This document shows, one piece after another, positions 59,017 through 64,000 of a stretch of DNA of 64,000 nucleotides. The stretch comes from Candidatus Multivoradales bacterium (lineage in GTDB: Bacteria; Acidobacteriota; Thermoanaerobaculia; Multivoradales; Multivoraceae), in assembly GCA_965223325.1 (NCBI GenBank), contig CBDCWI010000002.1:3328001-3392000 (forward strand), written 5' to 3'. Position 1 is the first letter of the stretch. The number at the start of each line of letters is the position of its first letter. Under the pieces are notes generated by a model that saw only the letters and a list, made by a program, of their open reading frames with translations, was not told the origin of the DNA and searched no databases. The translations under genes and the position numbers were made by a program.

Positions 59017-60648
59017 TCAGGTGTCGAGCCGGTCCAGGGCAGCACGCATCGCGGCGTAGCCCGGCATGCCGGCGAAGTCACCCCAGGCCTCGGCCACCGC
59101 CGCATAGGCTGCGAGAGCCTCGGCAGGATGGCCCGCCGCTTCATGTGCGCGCGCCAGGCCAAGGAGCGACTTGGGCCGGTTGCGATACAGACCAAGCGCG
59201 TCCTCGAACCAGCTGATCGCTTCTTCGGGGCGTTCGGCCTCGAGCAGGATCTCGCCGTAGAGCTCGTGGATGGGCTTGACGGGGGTCGCCGATCCGCGCG
59301 GTGGCCCCATCGACTCTGCCACCGCGACGCCCTGTTCGAGCTCGTCGAGAGCCGCGTCTAGTTTGCCTTCGGCGACCAGGATGCGTGCCTTGACCTCGCT
59401 GTAGGAGACCCGTGCTGGGCCGGTGCCACGCTGGAACGTCGAGCGATCTTTGACCTCACGACTGCCGAGGGTCTCGAGTCGGGCCGCGGCGCTCTCGGCC
59501 AGTTGCAAGTCGCCAAGGGCGACCGCCGACAGGCCGGTGGCGAGCGCTACCGAGGCGCTGGTTTCGTCGGTGATCTCGCGCGTTGCCCAGTTCTCGGTTT
59601 CGATGACCTCACGCGCCCACATCAGGCCTTCGGTCGACACCGCACGGTCGGCGTCGTCGCTCATCTCGATGACTTCGTCGAGAATCGCGCGCCGCTTCGA
59701 CGCCTTCTCGAGGTCGCCACGCTGCAGATCCCCATAGTGACCCCAGTCGATGGCGTGCACCATGTCAGCAACCATGTCGCCGGGCTCCCAGAGATCGACC
59801 GCCGCCTGGTACGCCGAATCGTTCGAGAGGGAAACCCGATCCCACATGCCGCGCTGGATGAAGATGTGCGACGGCATGTGGCGGGCATGCGAGACCGCGG
59901 CCGCGATCTCGGCAAACTTGTAGGCAGCCGGTAGCGCAAGAGGCGCGTGTACCGGGTCGTCGAAGGCGTGGATGATGTAGTGCGCGGCACCCGGGTGATC
60001 AGGATTGCGCGCGAAGACACCCTGGACGATGGCCCCCGCCTCCATCGCCATGCGGAAGTTGTCGTCTCCCATCGGTCCGGCAGCGCCGAGCAACGACAGG
60101 GCGTAGAAGGCCGCAATCTCGTCGTCTTCAGGGAACGTTTCGTGCGCCGCTCGCATCGCTTCCATGTAGCCGATCCGCCGCGCCGCCGTTTCACCGTCGC
60201 CAAATAGAACCTCGACGGCACCGAGAAGAACCTTCTCGCGTTCCGTCGGCGCCTTGGCGGCACGCTCCTCGGCGGTCGCACCGAGACGCGCCAGCACCTC
60301 ACGCGGTGATTCGAGATCGCGCTCAGGGAGGAGCGGGTGGTTGTAACAGAGTGCCTCGCCCCAGTAGGCGAGCGCGAACTCGGGGTCGATCTCCTGTGCC
60401 TCTTTGAACTCGGCAATCGCCTGCTTCCAGCCGAACGAGTGCAGGATCGCGACACCACGAAGGAAGTGCTCCTGCGCCTCGGCCGAGGCCGAAGTAGGGA
60501 AGTCGAGAAAGCCTACGTCGACAGTCCAGCCGTCGTCTCCGGCCGGACCCGGCGCGCCGGTGGTCTGGTTGCTCTTGCAGCCGGCGGCCGCGAAGAGGAG
60601 CACGACGAGGGCGAGCAGCTGGAGAGCAGTAGTGAGTGATGGACGCAT
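59017..60648 (-). CDS. TPR lipoprotein with His-rich conserved core
   Basis: AAGGAG RBS; lipobox AAGC; HPGAAHYIIH and HARHMPSHIF motifs; TPR helices. Confidence 0.85.
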   Translation of the reverse strand: MRPSLTTALQLLALVVLLFAAAGCKSNQTTGAPGPAGDDGWTVDVGFLDFPTSASAEAQEHFLRGVAILHSFGWKQAIAEFKEAQEIDPEFALAYWGEALCYNHPLLPERDLESPREVLARLGATAEERAAKAPTEREKVLLGAVEVLFGDGETAARRIGYMEAMRAAHETFPEDDEIAAFYALSLLGAAGPMGDDNFRMAMEAGAIVQGVFARNPDHPGAAHYIIHAFDDPVHAPLALPAAYKFAEIAAAVSHARHMPSHIFIQRGMWDRVSLSNDSAYQAAVDLWEPGDMVADMVHAIDWGHYGDLQRGDLEKASKRRAILDEVIEMSDDADRAVSTEGLMWAREVIETENWATREITDETSASVALATGLSAVALGDLQLAESAAARLETLGSREVKDRSTFQRGTGPARVSYSEVKARILVAEGKLDAALDELEQGVAVAESMGPPRGSATPVKPIHELYGEILLEAERPEEAISWFEDALGLYRNRPKSLLGLARAHEAAGHPAEALAAYAAVAEAWGDFAGMPGYAAMRAALDRLDT

Positions 60649-60773
60649 CTCAGACTCCTTGGTGTTCTGGGTGAGAACCGACAAAATACCGGATCACGGG
60701 TCGTTCCCTCGAGCGTGGCTGCCCGGAACCGTTCCGAAGACCGACACCCATCTCTGACTTCAACAGGACCACG

Positions 60774-61223
60774 ATGGAAAAGATCATCAAATGGGCAATC
60801 CTCGCCGCCATCCTCTACGCCGGCTTTGTCTACGGCAGGCCCTACATCCAGGACCTGATCGACGGAGCCTCGGTGAGCGGGGGCGGGGCCTCGGGCGAAA
60901 GCAGCGACGCCGGTGCCTGCATCCGCCAGATCGAACGCGCCCGGGACTCATTCGCCAAAGCAATGGCAAAGGCCTCACCTCCGGTCGCCATCGAGAGCTG
61001 GAACAGCTCGTTTGCGATGTCCAGTGGACGCCTCAACCAGGCACGCGACCGGTGTGGCTGTACGGGTGATGCCTGCGATGCGGCGCGCGACGCGATCGAC
61101 GCTCTCGACGACCTGATGAGCGAGTGGGATGGCGCGATCCAGAGCGATGGCACCCCGCCGCTCAACGGCGCGCGCGATATCGAACGTATCGACGACCTGC
61201 TGGAAAAGGCCCGGCGCGGTTGA
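60774..61223 (+). CDS. Hypothetical membrane-anchored helical protein with 4 Cys
   Basis: AGGA RBS; N-terminal TM; C...CGC....C. Confidence 0.7.
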   Translation: MEKIIKWAILAAILYAGFVYGRPYIQDLIDGASVSGGGASGESSDAGACIRQIERARDSFAKAMAKASPPVAIESWNSSFAMSSGRLNQARDRCGCTGDACDAARDAIDALDDLMSEWDGAIQSDGTPPLNGARDIERIDDLLEKARRG

Positions 61224-61246
61224 CGGAGCACTTCGAGCGCCGACCG

Positions 61247-61642
61247 CTAGAGCTCCTGCTCACCCTCACCCACTAGAACGTGCTCCATGTGCCGCGCCAT
61301 GCGCGACGCGCGGGAATAGATGGTGCCAGCCAGCTCCGGCGCGAAGACGTCGTCCACAGTTGCCCGAAAGAGCTCGAGCCAGCGCGCGAAGTGCTCACCG
61401 GTAAGGCCTTCTATCGCACGATGTCCTTCGATGGGGTTGGCGCGATAGCGACCGGTGCCGCGAAGTGCCGTTGACCAGAAGCGGGTGATCTTCTCGATAT
61501 GTGCCGGCCAGCGCTCGTCTGGCACGGCGGCAAGAAAGATCGGCCCGAGTTGTTCGTCGACACGTGCTCGCGCGTAGAACTCGCTGACCATGCGTTCGAT
61601 CTGCTCTTCGCACACGGCGGCGCGGAGTTCGAAGACGTCCAT
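61247..61642 (-). CDS. Group III truncated hemoglobin
   Basis: FY.RAR.D..LGPIF, WPAH, FW, P...H, HF.RWL.LF. Confidence 0.88.
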   Translation of the reverse strand: MDVFELRAAVCEEQIERMVSEFYARARVDEQLGPIFLAAVPDERWPAHIEKITRFWSTALRGTGRYRANPIEGHRAIEGLTGEHFARWLELFRATVDDVFAPELAGTIYSRASRMARHMEHVLVGEGEQEL

Positions 61643-61667
61643 GGCGATTGCCTGAGGGAAGCCGGCT

Positions 61668-62921
61668 TCAGGGACGAAGCGTAAAGCTCTGCAGGGTGTC
61701 CTTGTCTTTGATGATCAGCTCCTGGCCGACCAAAGCGGGGTGCGCCCAGATCTCACTCGAGGTGATGTCGTCGTAGGAAGCAACCTGGGAAACCTCTTCG
61801 CCGGTTTTGAAGACGTCGAGGCGACCCTCGCTGTAGACCACCAGGAGGTAGTCGCCTGCAGCCAGCAACCAACCTGTCTCTCCTTGGCGCCCGGGTCCCT
61901 CCCAGAGCAGATCGCCAGTGCCCGGATCAATGGCAACGAGGTGGCCCTTCTTCTGGTCAGCGAAGGCGAAGATCTTGCCCGCGATCGTAACCGCGGAGCT
62001 GTACCTGAGCCAAAAGTCGTTGCTCGACCAGCGCTCAGCGACCGACCAGTCGCCGTCTTCATGCTTGACCTCGAGTCCCAGGCTCGGCCCGTCTCCGCTC
62101 GACACCAGGATCAGGTCGCCGACTACCAGCGGCGTTTGCGACCAGGTGTCCTGCCGTACGAAGAAGGGGAACTCCCAGAGCTGTTCGCCACTCGCCAGGT
62201 CGACTCCGATCAAACGCTTGCGGGTCGGCGTCACCAGGATGCGCTCGCCCCCGAACTCGGCGACCACTCCGGAGCCATAGGACGGCCCCTCGAGTTCGAG
62301 GCGCCAGAGATCGCGGCCGTTCTCGGGGTCAAAGGCCACCAGGGCCCCGCCACTCGGGCCACCCACCGACATGATGAGCTTGCCGTCGGTTACCAGCGGC
62401 GACTGCGACGCTCCATAGAAGGGCCGCGGAAACTTGAAGTCGTCTTTGAAGTCACGGCGCCACAGCTGCTTCCCCGTCTGGGCGTCCCAGGCACTGACGT
62501 CACCCAGGATGCCCACGGTGAACAGTCGCCCGACCATGACCGCGGGAGTCGAGTAGGGACCCGCGCCATGTTCACCAACGATCTGCAACGGCTTGAACGG
62601 GTTGTTCACCCGCCCCTCCCAGAGCTTCGAACCGTCGGCCCCGTTCCAGGCCGCGGCGACTTCGTCGTCGCCGTCTCGGGTCCAGGTGTAGATCCGGTCG
62701 CCAACCACCAGTGGCGAGGCGTCGCCGCGACCGACCGTCATTTGCCATCGTGTGGTCAGTGCCACCGGCCATTCGCCGGGCGGTTCGAAGTCGCTCACCT
62801 GGCTGGTGCGATCGGCGCCCCGCCACTGCGACCACTCGTCGACGGCCACTGCCGGTGTCGCGAGGGCCAGGCTCACAGCGAGGCTTGTGGTGGCGGCTAT
62901 AGAGACATTTCGGATCGGCAT
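61668..62921 (-). CDS. PQQ-binding-like beta-propeller (BamB-like) secreted protein
   Basis: Signal peptide; WSQWRG..R; repeated A.D..TG..LW motifs; WAHPAL. Confidence 0.88.
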   Translation of the reverse strand: MPIRNVSIAATTSLAVSLALATPAVAVDEWSQWRGADRTSQVSDFEPPGEWPVALTTRWQMTVGRGDASPLVVGDRIYTWTRDGDDEVAAAWNGADGSKLWEGRVNNPFKPLQIVGEHGAGPYSTPAVMVGRLFTVGILGDVSAWDAQTGKQLWRRDFKDDFKFPRPFYGASQSPLVTDGKLIMSVGGPSGGALVAFDPENGRDLWRLELEGPSYGSGVVAEFGGERILVTPTRKRLIGVDLASGEQLWEFPFFVRQDTWSQTPLVVGDLILVSSGDGPSLGLEVKHEDGDWSVAERWSSNDFWLRYSSAVTIAGKIFAFADQKKGHLVAIDPGTGDLLWEGPGRQGETGWLLAAGDYLLVVYSEGRLDVFKTGEEVSQVASYDDITSSEIWAHPALVGQELIIKDKDTLQSFTLRP

Positions 62922-63271
62922 CGCTCTGGATTCCTCGTCGTCATGGTGCGAACGGGGCGAAACTGGCCGAGAGCATACGACCTCGGATCAGGGTCGTGGG
63001 GACCACCCCGCAGAGGCTGCCGGCTACTCCCGAGACGGCTCGTAAAGCCCTGGGGCCGCCAGAAGCAAGATCGAGAGAAAAAATTCATCGTCTTTCTGGT
63101 AAAACCCAATGGGCTCGCATTGGACTTCTCAACTCGCGATACTCTTAGGGCCGTTTCCACGTGACATGGGCCGCCCGGTGCGGTCTCACACCAGAGGGTG
63201 TACGGGTTCCGATCCGAATGGGTTGGTCGCTCCCGTGTCCCTGCGCGTAACTTCCCAACAGGAGAGTAGAC

Positions 63272-63529
63272 ATGGATCTCACCAACTTGATTTGGTTCCT
63301 TCTTATCGGCGCCGCCGCCGGCTTCATCGCTGGCCAGATCATGAAAGGCCGTGGCTTCGGTGCCATCGGCAACATCGTTGTCGGCATCGTCGGCGCGTTC
63401 ATCGGCGGCTTCCTGCTGCCGGCCGTGGGCGTCAACCTCGGCGCTGGCATCGTCGCCGCGATTGCTTCGGCTTCGATCGGCGCCATCGTTCTCTTGTTCG
63501 CCATCTCGTTCATCAAGCAGGCGACCTAG
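63272..63529 (+). CDS. GlsB/YeaQ/YmgE (transglycosylase-associated) membrane protein
   Basis: AGGAG RBS; IG..AG.IA...MKG...NIVVGIVGAFIGG; IGAIVLL. Confidence 0.9.
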   Translation: MDLTNLIWFLLIGAAAGFIAGQIMKGRGFGAIGNIVVGIVGAFIGGFLLPAVGVNLGAGIVAAIASASIGAIVLLFAISFIKQAT

Positions 63530-63586
63530 AGACCGTAACGGGGGCCACCTGGACCCCCTCCGCCGCTCCGGCCCTGGGCACCGAGC

Positions 63587-64000
63587 TCAGGCCGGGGCCG
63601 GCGGGCTTGCGGCTCTGCCTTCGGGGGCATGGACCGTGAGCTGAGGGAACGGAATCGCCCAGCCCTTCTCGTTGCACAGGTCGACGAGAATCCTGGGGAT
63701 CGCTCGCTCCACATCTTCGTAGCGATGCGCCGCCGCCCCGGTCAGATCGACCTGGATTTCGTAATCCAGCGACGACGAGTTGGCCTCGCGAAACTCGACT
63801 TCGACGCGTCGAACCGGCTCAGTACCGAGCAGCTCGCGCATTTCGCGCTCCAGGGCCTCCTCCATGCACCGCGGAATCTCCGTCGTGCTGATGGCCTGCA
63901 GGCCGTAGTCGAGGCCGAAGACGTGCTCGACCCGGAACCCTCGCGAGAGGTTCTTGGGGTTGCGCTCGAGAAAACCCGTCGTGCCGTAGGCCTTCTGGGC
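63587..64000 (-). CDS. 3' part of an MscS-like mechanosensitive channel family protein (partial)
   Basis: Frame is open to the window edge; SSLDYEI and IPFPQLTVH resemble the MscS C-terminus. Confidence 0.6.
   Translation of the reverse strand, partial: AQKAYGTTGFLERNPKNLSRGFRVEHVFGLDYGLQAISTTEIPRCMEEALEREMRELLGTEPVRRVEVEFREANSSSLDYEIQVDLTGAAAHRYEDVERAIPRILVDLCNEKGWAIPFPQLTVHAPEGRAASPPAPA

Noticed and set aside
61740-63164. 474-aa plus-strand ORF (likewise 53743-55206 and 33835-35151)
   Set aside because: Antisense shadows of well-supported minus-strand genes.

Overview
A high-GC bacterial chromosomal window. The best fit is Acidobacteriota, probably Thermoanaerobaculia-like. This is an inference from two PadR + ADOP (acidobacterial duplicated orphan permease) pairs, the GQMTEPPG variant in AtpD, an atp operon without atpB/atpE, and a C-terminal DGFESGD motif. 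Left to right: (1) a large secreted lectin/beta-helix/PKD protein and a secreted DGFESGD-tail protein; (2) a dispersed surface-polysaccharide locus (sulfotransferase, APH-like kinase, Wzy/O-antigen ligase, GumC/Wzc-N, GT4, outer-membrane barrel protein, ExeA-like ATPase and a CpsD-like BY-kinase lacking the Walker A lysine), interrupted by def-hutF and a Pro-Arg-His-Arg tRNA operon; (3) an ECF sigma - pilX - pilY1 module; (4) a NUDIX hydrolase with an apparent CTG start, then an ERIC-like MITE at the atpC stop codon; (5) atpF'FHAGDC; (6) cell-envelope housekeeping genes (RDD, TPR, mpl, DUF1573, amidase-GerMN-murI-rph) and tRNA-Arg(ACG); (7) a PadR-ADOP pair, acuI and an SGNH/DltD-like protein; (8) a 3.6-kb mosaic at 48.75-52.34 kb with a 216-bp TIR element, several gene fragments and an AAA-DUF4143 ATPase preceded by tandem palindromic operators; (9) thiolase, acyl-CoA dehydrogenase, a second PadR-ADOP pair, a TPR lipoprotein, a truncated globin, a PQQ-like propeller, GlsB/YeaQ and a partial MscS-like gene. 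No CRISPR array, rRNA, intact transposase or integrase was seen. All calls come from manual motif recognition; no database searches were run.
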